From the NCBI GenBank assembly GCA_035717985.1, contig DASTHW010000014.1:81691-145690 (forward strand): a stretch of 64,000 nt of DNA, written 5' to 3'. The position numbers and the translations under genes were made by a program. Source of the stretch: Candidatus Saccharimonadales bacterium (lineage in GTDB: Bacteria; Patescibacteriota; Saccharimonadia; Saccharimonadales; UBA10212). Positions 54,455-63,125 of this stretch are shown here, piece by piece. Position 1 is the first letter of the stretch; each line of letters opens with the position of its first letter. The notes beneath the pieces were generated by a model, which made no database searches, was not told where the DNA came from, and saw nothing but the letters and a program-made list of their open reading frames with translations.

Positions 54455-56428
54455 ATGGCTAAGTTCCATCTTAAGAGTGACTATAAGCCGCAGGGCGACC
54501 AGCCGGCGGCCATTGAAAAGCTGTCTGCCGGCCTAGATAAAGGCGAGAAGAACCAGGTTCTGCTAGGGGTTACCGGCTCTGGCAAGACTTTTACCATGGC
54601 CAATGTTATTGCCGGTGCCGGCAAGCCAACACTGGTGCTAAGCCATAACAAAACCCTGGCCGCCCAGCTTTATAATGAATTCCGCCAATTTTTTCCGGAC
54701 AATGCTGTACATTATTTTGTCAGTTACTTTGATTATTACCAGCCGGAAGCCTATATTCCGCGCAGTGATACCTATATTGAAAAAGACAGCGACATAAATG
54801 AAGAAATAGATCGTCTGCGCCATGCCGCGACCAGCGCGCTACTCTCGCGGCGTGACGTTATCATTGTGGCCAGCGTGTCCTGCATTTACGGCATAGGCTC
54901 GGTCGAGGATTACGGCAATATGGCCGTCCGCCTAAAAACCGGCGAGCGGCGCCTGCGTGATAAACTGCTGAGACTACTAACCGACATTCAATATCGGCGG
55001 AACGACATGGATTTTCACCGTAGCACCTTCCGGGTGCGCGGCGACGTGGTGGATATTTTCCCGGCGGGCGAAGAGGCCGCTTACCGTGTAGAATTTTTTG
55101 GCGACGAGCTGGAGCGGATTACCCAGATCAACCCATTGACCGGCGAAATTGAAGCTCAACTGAAGGAAAAGATTATTTTCCCAGGGAGTCACTACGTAAC
55201 GCCTAACGAAAAACTGCAAAGAGCGCTGGTAAAAATCAAGGAGGAGACCGAGGAGCGTCTAGCTTGGTTTAAAAAGCAGGGTAAACTACTGGAAGCCCAA
55301 AGGCTGGAACAGAGAGTTAACTTTGATGTCGAAATGCTAGAGCAAACCGGCTTCGTTAAAGGTATTGAAAACTACAGCCGCTATTTAACAAACCGTGAAG
55401 CCGGGGAGCAACCAGCTACACTACTGGATTATTTTCCAGATGATTATCTGATGTTTGTCGATGAAAGCCACATGACCATTCCGCAGGTACGCGGCATGTA
55501 CCACGGTGACCGCTCGCGTAAAGAAGTGCTGGTAGAGCACGGCTTCCGCCTGCCGTCAGCGCTGGATAACCGTCCGCTGACTTTTTCTGAATTTGAACGG
55601 CATATGAATAAAGTCATTTACGTCAGCGCTACGCCGGCGGAATTTGAGCTTGCTAGGAGTCCGAAACCTGTCCAGCAGGTGATTCGCCCCACCGGCCTGC
55701 TTGACCCAGTCATTGAAGTCCGGCCGGTAGACGGCCAAATTGACGATTTGATAGCCGAAATCCGTATCACTGTCGAGAAACATCAGCGGGTGCTGGTAAC
55801 TACCCTGACTAAACGAATGGCCGAAGACTTGAGCGAATACCTACGCGATTTAGACATCAAAGTGGCCTATATTCACAGTGAAATTGACACCCTGGAGCGG
55901 ACCGACATTTTGCGTGACCTGCGATTAGGAGTTTATGACGTGCTGGTGGGCATTAACTTACTGCGTGAGGGGCTGGACTTGCCGGAAGTCAGCCTAGTAG
56001 CGATTTTAGACGCCGATAAAGAAGGTTTTTTACGTAGCGAGCAAGCCCTGATTCAAACCGTTGGTCGGGCCGCCCGGCACGAAGAGGGCCGAGTCATTAT
56101 GTATGCCGACCATATTACCGGTAGCATGCAGAGGACTATAGATGAGACCGAAAGACGCCGAGGGGTTCAGGATAAATATAATAAAGAGCACGGCGTAACA
56201 CCTAAAGGTATTAGCCGCGAAGTGGGTGAGATGTTACCGCGCTCAGCCGAGGCTGAGGTAAGCGCCAGCCAGCGGGCCAAGCTGGATCTGCGTAAGATCC
56301 CTAAGGACGAATATAAACATTTAGTAAAGGACCTAACGTCGCAGATGGATCTGGCGGCCGCTAACCTGCAGTTTGAAAAGGCCGCCGACCTGCGGGATTT
56401 AATTGGCGAAATCAGAAGTAAGCTTTAG
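54455..56428 (+). CDS. uvrB: Excinuclease ABC subunit B
   Basis: [15 protein letters not shown] (Walker A), [14 protein letters not shown], helicase motifs, and a C-terminal UVR domain ([11 protein letters not shown]). Confidence 0.97.
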   Translation: MAKFHLKSDYKPQGDQPAAIEKLSAGLDKGEKNQVLLGVTGSGKTFTMANVIAGAGKPTLVLSHNKTLAAQLYNEFRQFFPDNAVHYFVSYFDYYQPEAYIPRSDTYIEKDSDINEEIDRLRHAATSALLSRRDVIIVASVSCIYGIGSVEDYGNMAVRLKTGERRLRDKLLRLLTDIQYRRNDMDFHRSTFRVRGDVVDIFPAGEEAAYRVEFFGDELERITQINPLTGEIEAQLKEKIIFPGSHYVTPNEKLQRALVKIKEETEERLAWFKKQGKLLEAQRLEQRVNFDVEMLEQTGFVKGIENYSRYLTNREAGEQPATLLDYFPDDYLMFVDESHMTIPQVRGMYHGDRSRKEVLVEHGFRLPSALDNRPLTFSEFERHMNKVIYVSATPAEFELARSPKPVQQVIRPTGLLDPVIEVRPVDGQIDDLIAEIRITVEKHQRVLVTTLTKRMAEDLSEYLRDLDIKVAYIHSEIDTLERTDILRDLRLGVYDVLVGINLLREGLDLPEVSLVAILDADKEGFLRSEQALIQTVGRAARHEEGRVIMYADHITGSMQRTIDETERRRGVQDKYNKEHGVTPKGISREVGEMLPRSAEAEVSASQRAKLDLRKIPKDEYKHLVKDLTSQMDLAAANLQFEKAADLRDLIGEIRSKL

Positions 56429-56479
56429 CACCGCAAAGATAGATAGACATATATAACTTAATATGTTATAGTATAGATA

Positions 56480-57559
56480 ATGTCAGAATTTAACAGCGGA
56501 CTTGTCTTCGACAGGCTGTATCGAAAAAGAGAAATAGCGGCCTTTTTAGCCGGCCTAGCGGTCTTAGGCGGATCGGGCAAGGTCTTGGCTGGGCAAGCCT
56601 CGGCCGCGTCCGTAAAAACAGCGGGCCTGGAGCGCTGTTACGATCAACCCGACTCTTCCTACCCGTCAATACCTAAAGTTCCTAAAAAAATCTCTGCTTA
56701 CATGGCATGGGATAAAAAATGGGGCAAGCTACTTGACCGTTCGACCAACGAAATGCTTGCCAATAATGAGCAGATAAATTTACGAGCGGGGAGCCATGGC
56801 TTAGTGGGGGATCCTGGCAATCTCCAGCCCGCCATAGACTGGCAAGTAGAAAGTGCCGCGGTACGGATAGACGGTCCTGTTTACGAAGGAAGCGGCTTTC
56901 TGACATATGATGCAGAAGGAGACGAGGTCGCCATAACGGCCGCTCACGTTATAGCTGATGAACCGATTAAAAAAGTAATCGTTAGGGACTCGGTCGGCGA
57001 AGGTAGCCACATTACAGGTGGGTGTTATATGTTTGAGTCCAATCACCGTTTCCGAGCCTTAGGTGCAAAAATTAATATGACCAATCATTATATAGATGTA
57101 GCGGTACTGCGGCTAAGTAAGAACATTGGTCTAAGTACGCTCAAGCTAGCCGCAAAGGAGCCAAAGAGGGGAGACTGGGTCTTCTTTAAAAACTTCCAGG
57201 AGTTAGCTAAACCTAAAACGCCAGTAACATATGCCGGCCTGGTGTCTTCGTACGAATCCTACCCGCCAAGGATGGAAGTAACAACGGGTCTTCAATATTG
57301 GCGCAGGGGCTCTGATACCATTGAGGCTGGCGCCAGCGGCGGGCCCGTAGTAAACCGGTTAGGCGAAGTTGTAGGCACCTCAGTTGGCGGCGAATATCCC
57401 TTCGGCCTGCCGTATGATAGCCCTGGCGTATTGGAGGCTCTAGACTCTATAAGAATCAAAGGTATAAAAACGAGTCATAAAACAAAACTTACCCCAGTTG
57501 ACGCGCTTGTCATGCCGAACGCGCTAATAAGGGAGGCGCTTGCCTCACCGAGAGCCTAA
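56480..57559 (+). CDS. Trypsin-like (S1 family) serine protease, exported/anchored
   Basis: N-terminal hydrophobic anchor. ITAAHVIAD (His), IDVAVLRL (Asp) and EAGASGGPVVN (Ser) form a chymotrypsin-fold triad. Confidence 0.8.
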   Translation: MSEFNSGLVFDRLYRKREIAAFLAGLAVLGGSGKVLAGQASAASVKTAGLERCYDQPDSSYPSIPKVPKKISAYMAWDKKWGKLLDRSTNEMLANNEQINLRAGSHGLVGDPGNLQPAIDWQVESAAVRIDGPVYEGSGFLTYDAEGDEVAITAAHVIADEPIKKVIVRDSVGEGSHITGGCYMFESNHRFRALGAKINMTNHYIDVAVLRLSKNIGLSTLKLAAKEPKRGDWVFFKNFQELAKPKTPVTYAGLVSSYESYPPRMEVTTGLQYWRRGSDTIEAGASGGPVVNRLGEVVGTSVGGEYPFGLPYDSPGVLEALDSIRIKGIKTSHKTKLTPVDALVMPNALIREALASPRA

Positions 57560-57618
57560 AGCAAAAAGCTAAATTACAACTTAAGGATTTTAACTTGAGG
57601 AGCGGCGCTTTAAGATGC

Positions 57619-57655
57619 AAGGGGCGGAGCTGGACGGCTCGCTCAAACGCCCCTT
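57619..57655 (-). terminator. GC-rich stem-loop downstream of the island operon (no U-tract)
   Basis: AAGGGGCG (57619-57626) pairs with CGCCCCTT (57648-57655), with a nested GAGC-tggacg-GCTC. It lies 17 nt after the minus-strand stop at 57672. Confidence 0.45.
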
Positions 57656-57671
57656 TCTGCCATGCAGGCGG

Positions 57672-57938
57672 CTACCTGGTCGTGTCGTGGAAGTACATCG
57701 CCATAGCGATCAGGACGGCGATGACGCACATCACGACTCCAAGAACGGCCTCGTCGAAGTTGTTGATGTGGCCGCCGTGATTCGGTATGCCGGTGAAGAA
57801 GCAGTATGCACCGGCCACGAACAGGCACAGGGTGCCGATGGTGACACCGCCGCCCTCGACGTCTGCGTCTGTCAGCTCATCCGACGGTTCGTCGGTAGAG
57901 ATTTCAGCCTGGGCGACTTCCATTTCGTTCACGTTCAT
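57672..57938 (-). CDS. Small membrane protein (88 aa; acidic N-terminus, two TM helices), high-GC codon usage
   Basis: ATG preceded by AGGAG. Strong G/C bias at codon position 3. TM candidates VTIGTLCLFVAGAYCFFTGI and AVLGVVMCVIAVLIAMAMYF. Confidence 0.6.
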   Translation of the reverse strand: MNVNEMEVAQAEISTDEPSDELTDADVEGGGVTIGTLCLFVAGAYCFFTGIPNHGGHINNFDEAVLGVVMCVIAVLIAMAMYFHDTTR

Positions 57939-57971
57939 CTCCTATCGAGGGTGCATCAGCTGGCCTGGCGC

Positions 57972-58109
57972 TTAGGCCAGCCAGCTGAAGAACCGGACCA
58001 GGCCGTAGACGGTGCCGCCGAAGGCGGCCAGTACGGCCACCACAGCGAAGAAGATGTCTCCGGTACCGGCCAGAGGCACGGGCTGTGCCTCCGTTTTCAC
58101 TTCGGTCAT
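57972..58109 (-). CDS. 45-aa single-TM peptide (not in ORF track), high-GC codon usage
   Basis: Translated by hand: MTEVKTEAQPVPLAGTGDIFFAVVAVLAAFGGTVYGLVRFFSWLA. GGAGG lies 6 nt upstream of ATG 58109. Third codon positions are almost all G/C. TAA stop at 57972-57974. Confidence 0.55.
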   Translation of the reverse strand: MTEVKTEAQPVPLAGTGDIFFAVVAVLAAFGGTVYGLVRFFSWLA

Positions 58110-58266
58110 GCTTGCCTCCGGGTTCGAAAGTTTCGCTCCTCAAGTTCTTCGGCTCCAAGCGGAGCCAGAATGAACTCCGCGAGCACGACGCCCAAATTGT
58201 TATCAAAAATACCGCTGTTGTCAAGAATGGTATAGAGGTCTGACAGGCGGTATAATTGCTATAAAT

Positions 58267-58557
58267 ATGCCAAAACTTAGCCGCGACGACGTCTTAAAGT
58301 TGGCCGGGTTATCCCGCCTAAGGCTGACTGAAGAAGAAATTGAAAAATTTAGAGCCGAACTTTCTGAAATATTGGAATATGTTGAGCAGTTAAACCAAGC
58401 CGATACCGCCAATCTATCGCCAACTTATCAAGTCACTGGCCTAAAAAATGTCACTCGGCCTGATGAAATCGTTGATTATGGCTACGCCGCTAAAGACCTT
58501 TTAAAAAACGCGCCGGCTATAGAAAAAAATCAGTTTAAGGTTAAACGAGTTTTATAA
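58267..58557 (+). CDS. gatC: Asp-tRNA(Asn)/Glu-tRNA(Gln) amidotransferase subunit C
   Basis: 96 aa. VLKLAGLSRLRLTEEEIEKFRAELSEILEYVEQL is typical of GatC. Confidence 0.93.
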   Translation: MPKLSRDDVLKLAGLSRLRLTEEEIEKFRAELSEILEYVEQLNQADTANLSPTYQVTGLKNVTRPDEIVDYGYAAKDLLKNAPAIEKNQFKVKRVL

Positions 58558-58648
58558 TGCATTTCGTCCTAAGGGAAAAGATTAGCACCGCTTCAGCTTT
58601 AGCTGAATTTGGATTCATTCCAAAAGGTGCGTTGAGGAAAACCGGGGC

Positions 58649-58672
58649 CCCCACAAAATTAATTTTGTGGGG
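58649..58672. repeat. Perfect 24-nt palindrome in the gatC-gatA spacer
   Basis: CCCCACAAAATTAATTTTGTGGGG. It is preceded by further small hairpins (TTCAGC-ttta-GCTGAA, TGGA-ttcat-TCCA) enclosed by GCACC/GGTGC. Confidence 0.8.
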
Positions 58673-58714
58673 TATAGGTACCGCAGGTTGTCCTCAAAAG
58701 CCGGAGGCGCAGTA

Positions 58715-60121
58715 ATGGATTGGCCAAAAATTGCCGGTATTGCTAGCGCTGTCCAAAAAGGCCAGCTCAAAGCTGTTGATTTAGTTAAAAGGTCTCTCAC
58801 AGCTGTAGCTGAAAATAAGGAGTATGGCGCCATAATCTCAACCTTAGAGGAAAGAGCTTTAGCCCGGGCGGCTGAGATCGACAAAAAGCCGGCTGGCCGC
58901 CTGGCCGGTGTACCGTTTATTGCTAAAGATAATTTTCTAACACTGGATGGTAAAACCACTGCCGCTAGTAATATTTTGAAACCGTTTGAGGCGCCATATC
59001 AGGCCACGGCTATCGAGCGTCTGGAAGCAGAAGGCGCCATCTGCGTGGCCAAAGCCAATTTGGACGCCTTTGCCCACGGCTCATCGACTGAAAATAGCGA
59101 TTTTTTTGTTACCAAAAACCCGCATGATAAAACCAGGGTGCCGGGCGGCTCATCCGGCGGCTCGGCGGCGGCTGTAGCTCTTAGCATTGCCCCATTTGCT
59201 CTGGGTACCGACACTGGCGGCTCGGTGCGCTTGCCGGCCGGCTTTTGCGGCGTGGTTGGATATAAGCCCAGCTACGGGCTGGTTAGCCGTAGCGGCGTAG
59301 TGGCTATGGCCAGCAGTACGGATGTTATCGGCCCGCTAGCGGCTTCGGTAGAAGATGCGGCATTGGTTCTGGATGTAATGAGCGGCGAGGACGAGCTGGA
59401 TTCTACGACGATTGAGCGCGACTCTAAGCCATATACCGAGCTTGGCTTTGATATTAAGGGTAAAAAAATTGGTCTGGTTCACGAATATTTTAGTGAAGGC
59501 TTAGACGCCGGCGTGCGGGCACAAATAGACGCCGCAGTAGATAAGCTAAAGGCCGCCGGCGCCGTAGTTAGCGAAGTTAGCTTGCCCAGTGTGCCGCTGG
59601 CCTTAGCCGTTTATTACATAATCTGCCCGGCGGAAGTCTCCTCGAACCTAGCCCGTTATGACGGCCAGCGCTATGGTCATTTTGCGCCCGAGGCTAAAGA
59701 TTTAACCGAAAGCTATGAGCTGGCGCGGGAGCAGGGGTTTGGCGCCGAAGCCAAGCGGCGGATTATGATCGGCGCTCACGTGCTGTCCAGCGGCTACTAT
59801 GACGCTTACTATAAAAAAGCCTTGCTGGTGCGGACTAAAATCCGCGCCGAACTAGCTGAGGCTTTTAAAAATGTCGATTTTCTAGCTGGCCCCACCTCGC
59901 CAACTACAGCTTTTAAGATTGGTGCTAAGACGGCCGACCCCCTGCAGATGTACATGACAGACATAATGACAGTAGCCGCTAATGTGACTGGCAATCCGGC
60001 AATTAGTGTGCCGGCAGGGCAAGCCGCCGGCTTGCCGGTGGGCCTGCAGATAATTGGCGACTACGGGGACGACCGCCAGCTGTTGGCGCTAGCAAAAACA
60101 TATGAGGATTTGAATAAATGA
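58715..60121 (+). CDS. gatA: Asp-tRNA(Asn)/Glu-tRNA(Gln) amidotransferase subunit A
   Basis: ATG 58715 after GGAGG; the track ORF extension from 58667 crosses the palindrome. Amidase signature GGSSGGSAAAVA and GTDTGGSVRLPA. Confidence 0.95.
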   Translation: MDWPKIAGIASAVQKGQLKAVDLVKRSLTAVAENKEYGAIISTLEERALARAAEIDKKPAGRLAGVPFIAKDNFLTLDGKTTAASNILKPFEAPYQATAIERLEAEGAICVAKANLDAFAHGSSTENSDFFVTKNPHDKTRVPGGSSGGSAAAVALSIAPFALGTDTGGSVRLPAGFCGVVGYKPSYGLVSRSGVVAMASSTDVIGPLAASVEDAALVLDVMSGEDELDSTTIERDSKPYTELGFDIKGKKIGLVHEYFSEGLDAGVRAQIDAAVDKLKAAGAVVSEVSLPSVPLALAVYYIICPAEVSSNLARYDGQRYGHFAPEAKDLTESYELAREQGFGAEAKRRIMIGAHVLSSGYYDAYYKKALLVRTKIRAELAEAFKNVDFLAGPTSPTTAFKIGAKTADPLQMYMTDIMTVAANVTGNPAISVPAGQAAGLPVGLQIIGDYGDDRQLLALAKTYEDLNK

Positions 60122-60534
60122 TAATCTTCCTAATCGCTATCATTGCCTTTGGCATTTTGGTGTTGGCCATGCTTGCCCGGCTAGCACCACGCCTAGGCTG
60201 GATACCGGAGAGGGGCCTTAACCAGCAGTATTTTTATGACAAATGGCTGGAACTACTGGCGCGGGTTAAGACGCCAGAGGGCATGGTGCTAGCCGTCATT
60301 GACGCCGATAAACTATTGGACGAAGCCTTAAGGAAAAAGCGCTTCCGCGGTAAAACCATGGGCGAGCGGCTGGTTAGTGCCCAGCGGTCACTGTCTGACA
60401 ACGACGCCGTTTGGTATGCCCATAAGCTACGCAATCGGCTGGTGCATGAGCCTAATGTCAAGCTCAGAAAAACTGAGGCTCAAAACGCCCTAGCTGGTTT
60501 TAAGCGAGGTCTGCATGACCTGGGGGCTCTATGA
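60118..60534 (+). CDS. Membrane-anchored helical protein with an R-N-x3-H (HEPN/DUF4145-like) motif, embedded in gatCAB
   Basis: N-terminal TM MIIFLIAIIAFGILVLAMLA. The helical domain ends in AVWYAHKLRNRLVHEPN. ATGA overlaps with both the gatA stop and the gatB start. Confidence 0.6.
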   Translation: MIIFLIAIIAFGILVLAMLARLAPRLGWIPERGLNQQYFYDKWLELLARVKTPEGMVLAVIDADKLLDEALRKKRFRGKTMGERLVSAQRSLSDNDAVWYAHKLRNRLVHEPNVKLRKTEAQNALAGFKRGLHDLGAL

Positions 60535-61949
60535 CGGCAAGAGATAAATACCTACCGACTATTGGTATTGAGACACATGTTCAGCTGAAGACTAAGACCA
60601 AATTATTTTCAGCTGTTGGCAATGATGCCCGCGCCGCCGAACCCAATAGCCTGATAAGCCATATTGATGTTGGTCTGCCTGGAGCCCTGCCGGTACTTAA
60701 CCGGGCCGCTATTGAGCTATCCGCCCGGGCGGCGCTGGCCCTAAACACGGCACCGCAAAAGTTTTCTCGCTTTGAGCGCAAGCATTATTTTTATCCTGAC
60801 CTACCCAAGGGCTACCAAATTACCCAGTTGGAAGACTCAATTATTAAAGGCGGCTATGTTGACGTACCGCTAGCCGGCGAACTAAAACGCGTTAACATTG
60901 AGCGGGCTAACCTGGAAGAAGACGCCGGTAAAAACACTCACCCGGCCGGTGCTGATTACTCTCTAGTCGATCTTAACCGGGCCGGCACGCCACTGCTTGA
61001 AATTGTCAGTAAGCCCGATATGCATAGTCCGGCCGAGGCTAAAGCCTACGCCCGCGAGCTATGGCTGATCATGAAATACGCCGGCGTTACGGAGGGTGAC
61101 CTCTACCAGGGCCAAGTCCGCTTTGATGTTAACGTCAGCGTTAGTAATGACCCTGGCAAACTGGGCACCAGAAGTGAAATTAAGAATCTAAACAGCTTTC
61201 GTAGTGTAGAAAACGCTGTAAATTACGAGATTAAACGTCAAATAGAACTTTTAGAAAAAGGCGAAGTGGTAGTTCAAGAAACTCGTGGCTGGGACGATGC
61301 CAAGCAAAAATCAATTAGCCAGCGCAGTAAGGAAGAGGCCCAAGATTACCGGTATATGCCCGAGCCGGACATCCCGCCAATAGAGCTTGATGATGACTTT
61401 ACGGAGACAATCGAAGAAAATCTGCCGCTACTGCCGCCGGCTATTCGTAAAATTCTTGGCCAAATGGGCCTAGAGCTAAATGTGATTGAAGACATTTTAG
61501 ATAGCCCGCAGGCCTGCCAAAAAGTAGTTTTGGCGGCCGGCACGGGCGCGCCCAAAGAAAATATCCGGCGACTGGCTTTTGACAGCTTGGAGGAGCCTGC
61601 CAGTACCGTGGTTGATTTAGAGGAGCACCTAAAGTTAGTAGAACTTTGGCGGTCAAAAACGGTTAGCTCAACCGCCGCTAAAGAAATCTTAAAGGCTAAA
61701 ATAGCAAACCCGGCTAAGACTATTGAAGAGCTGGCGGCCGGCAAAAGCCAAGTGTCAGGCGAGGCCGAGATTGAAAAAATTGTAGATGAAGTTTTAGCCG
61801 AGAATCAAAAGGCCGCCGAGGATGTCAAGCGCGGCGAGGCCAAAGCAATCGGCTTTTTGGTGGGCCAGGTTATGGCCAAAAGCAAAGGCCAAGCCAACCC
61901 GCAGGTAGCCCAAGCCATTATAAAAAAACAGCTGGGAATTAAGGAGTAA
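60531..61949 (+). CDS. gatB: Asp-tRNA(Asn)/Glu-tRNA(Gln) amidotransferase subunit B
   Basis: IGIETHVQL, FERKHYFYPDLPKGYQITQ, DLNRAGTPLLEIVSKPD, and a C-terminal YqeY-like tail. Confidence 0.96.
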   Translation: MTARDKYLPTIGIETHVQLKTKTKLFSAVGNDARAAEPNSLISHIDVGLPGALPVLNRAAIELSARAALALNTAPQKFSRFERKHYFYPDLPKGYQITQLEDSIIKGGYVDVPLAGELKRVNIERANLEEDAGKNTHPAGADYSLVDLNRAGTPLLEIVSKPDMHSPAEAKAYARELWLIMKYAGVTEGDLYQGQVRFDVNVSVSNDPGKLGTRSEIKNLNSFRSVENAVNYEIKRQIELLEKGEVVVQETRGWDDAKQKSISQRSKEEAQDYRYMPEPDIPPIELDDDFTETIEENLPLLPPAIRKILGQMGLELNVIEDILDSPQACQKVVLAAGTGAPKENIRRLAFDSLEEPASTVVDLEEHLKLVELWRSKTVSSTAAKEILKAKIANPAKTIEELAAGKSQVSGEAEIEKIVDEVLAENQKAAEDVKRGEAKAIGFLVGQVMAKSKGQANPQVAQAIIKKQLGIKE

Positions 61950-61951
61950 GC

Positions 61952-62848
61952 ATGCAAAAACAACCAGTCCGTAAAGCCGTAGTGGCGGCCGCCGGTTTTG
62001 GCACCCGCTTCTTACCTCAGACCAAAGCTATGCCCAAAGAGATGCTCCCCTTAGTCGATAAACCGATAATCCAATATATCGTTGAGGAGCTGGTAGATGC
62101 CGGTATTGAGGATGTAATAATCCAAGTCCGGAACACTAAGCGCGCTATAGAAGATCATTTTGATCTACCCAGCAGTGAGCTAATTGCAAATCTTAGGTCC
62201 GGCGGCCCCAGCAAAGAGCAATTGATAAAAGAGATAAAGGCCATCCCGCATATGGCAAACTTTATTTTTGTTCGAGCTAGGGCTCCGTATGGAAATGCCG
62301 CACCGGTTTCAGACGCTTCGCATTTAATCGGCGGCGAGCCTTTTATCTATACTTTTGCCGACGATTTCTTCTTTGCCCAGCCAAGCCGCTTTAAGCAGAT
62401 GATTAGCCTGTACCAAGAACGGGGAGGCTCTGTTATATCTTGCATCGAAGCCCAGGATGAAAAGGATTTTAGCCGTTATGGCTTTATTGGCGGAGAGCAG
62501 GTGGAAGACGGGCTATTTAAAGCTGTAAAGATTGTAGAGAAGCCCGGTAAGGATAAGGCGCCGTCGAACCTAGCGAGCGTAAGTAGCTATTTGTTTGAGC
62601 CCAAAATACTTAACTATATTGAGAAGGAGAAATCTCGGCTGGAGCCGGACCGCGAGTTTTATATTCAGCCGGCTATGCAGGCAATGATAAATGATGGTAA
62701 CGCTTTTTGGGGATTAAAAATAAAAAACAGCACTTATTATGACACCGGTGATAAGCTGGAATATCTAAAGACAGTGGTTGATTTTGGTATTAAACACGCC
62801 GAGTTGGGTGAAGATTTTAAATCATATTTGCGGACTTTGCGATTTTAG
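61952..62848 (+). CDS. galU: UTP--glucose-1-phosphate uridylyltransferase
   Basis: KAVVAAAGFGTRFLPQTKAMPKEMLPLVDKPIIQYIVEE and a later VEKP motif. Confidence 0.93.
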   Translation: MQKQPVRKAVVAAAGFGTRFLPQTKAMPKEMLPLVDKPIIQYIVEELVDAGIEDVIIQVRNTKRAIEDHFDLPSSELIANLRSGGPSKEQLIKEIKAIPHMANFIFVRARAPYGNAAPVSDASHLIGGEPFIYTFADDFFFAQPSRFKQMISLYQERGGSVISCIEAQDEKDFSRYGFIGGEQVEDGLFKAVKIVEKPGKDKAPSNLASVSSYLFEPKILNYIEKEKSRLEPDREFYIQPAMQAMINDGNAFWGLKIKNSTYYDTGDKLEYLKTVVDFGIKHAELGEDFKSYLRTLRF

Positions 62849-62863
62849 GTTTATACTAACTTT

Positions 62864-63124
62864 ATGGATACAGCTTCAGAAATTTTAGTAATTATTGTCA
62901 GTGCTGTGCTTGCGGTATTTTTAATAGTTTTAATTGTCGCCGGCCTGTACATTATTAAATTAGCCAAGCAGATTCGCATGGTAGCCCAGCGGGCCGAGAA
63001 TGTGGCGGACTCGGTAGAGTCGGCGGCCAATGTTTTTGAACGGTCAGCCTCGCCAATAATGTTTTTAAAGCTCATCAGCAATATCGTCGAGCACGCTGGA
63101 AAAGCTAAGCGTAGGAGGGGTTAA
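62864..63124 (+). CDS. Small membrane-anchored protein (DUF948-like)
   Basis: 86 aa. N-terminal TM followed by a helical segment (AQRAENVADSVESAANVFE). Pairing with a YtxH gene is typical. Confidence 0.5.
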   Translation: MDTASEILVIIVSAVLAVFLIVLIVAGLYIIKLAKQIRMVAQRAENVADSVESAANVFERSASPIMFLKLISNIVEHAGKAKRRRG

Positions 63125-63125
63125 G

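Larger units (their letters stand above)
57592..58200. other. High-GC compositional island bounded by a perfect 13-bp inverted repeat
   Basis: Hand count: 292/480 G+C (about 61%) for 57661-58140, against 23/60 and 24/60 in the flanking blocks. Inverted repeat AACTTGAGGAGCG (57592-57604) / CGCTCCTCAAGTT (58134-58146). Confidence 0.7.

Noticed and set aside
57592-58200. Calling the island a filamentous prophage (inovirus) because of the Pf3-coat-like 45-aa peptide
   Set aside because: Only about 0.55 kb is present, with no replication, assembly (pI/Zot) or integrase genes. The resemblance is architectural only, so it is kept as a hypothesis inside the finding and not as a feature call.
57615-58235. 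206-aa plus-strand ORF, and the 106-aa minus-strand ORF at 57904-58224, spanning the high-GC island
   Set aside because: The translated sequence is Arg/His/Gly/Ser-rich nonsense with no ribosome-binding site. Long open antisense or off-frame ORFs are expected in 60%+ GC DNA. The coding signal (GC3 bias, ribosome-binding sites, TM helices) belongs to the two small minus-strand ORFs.
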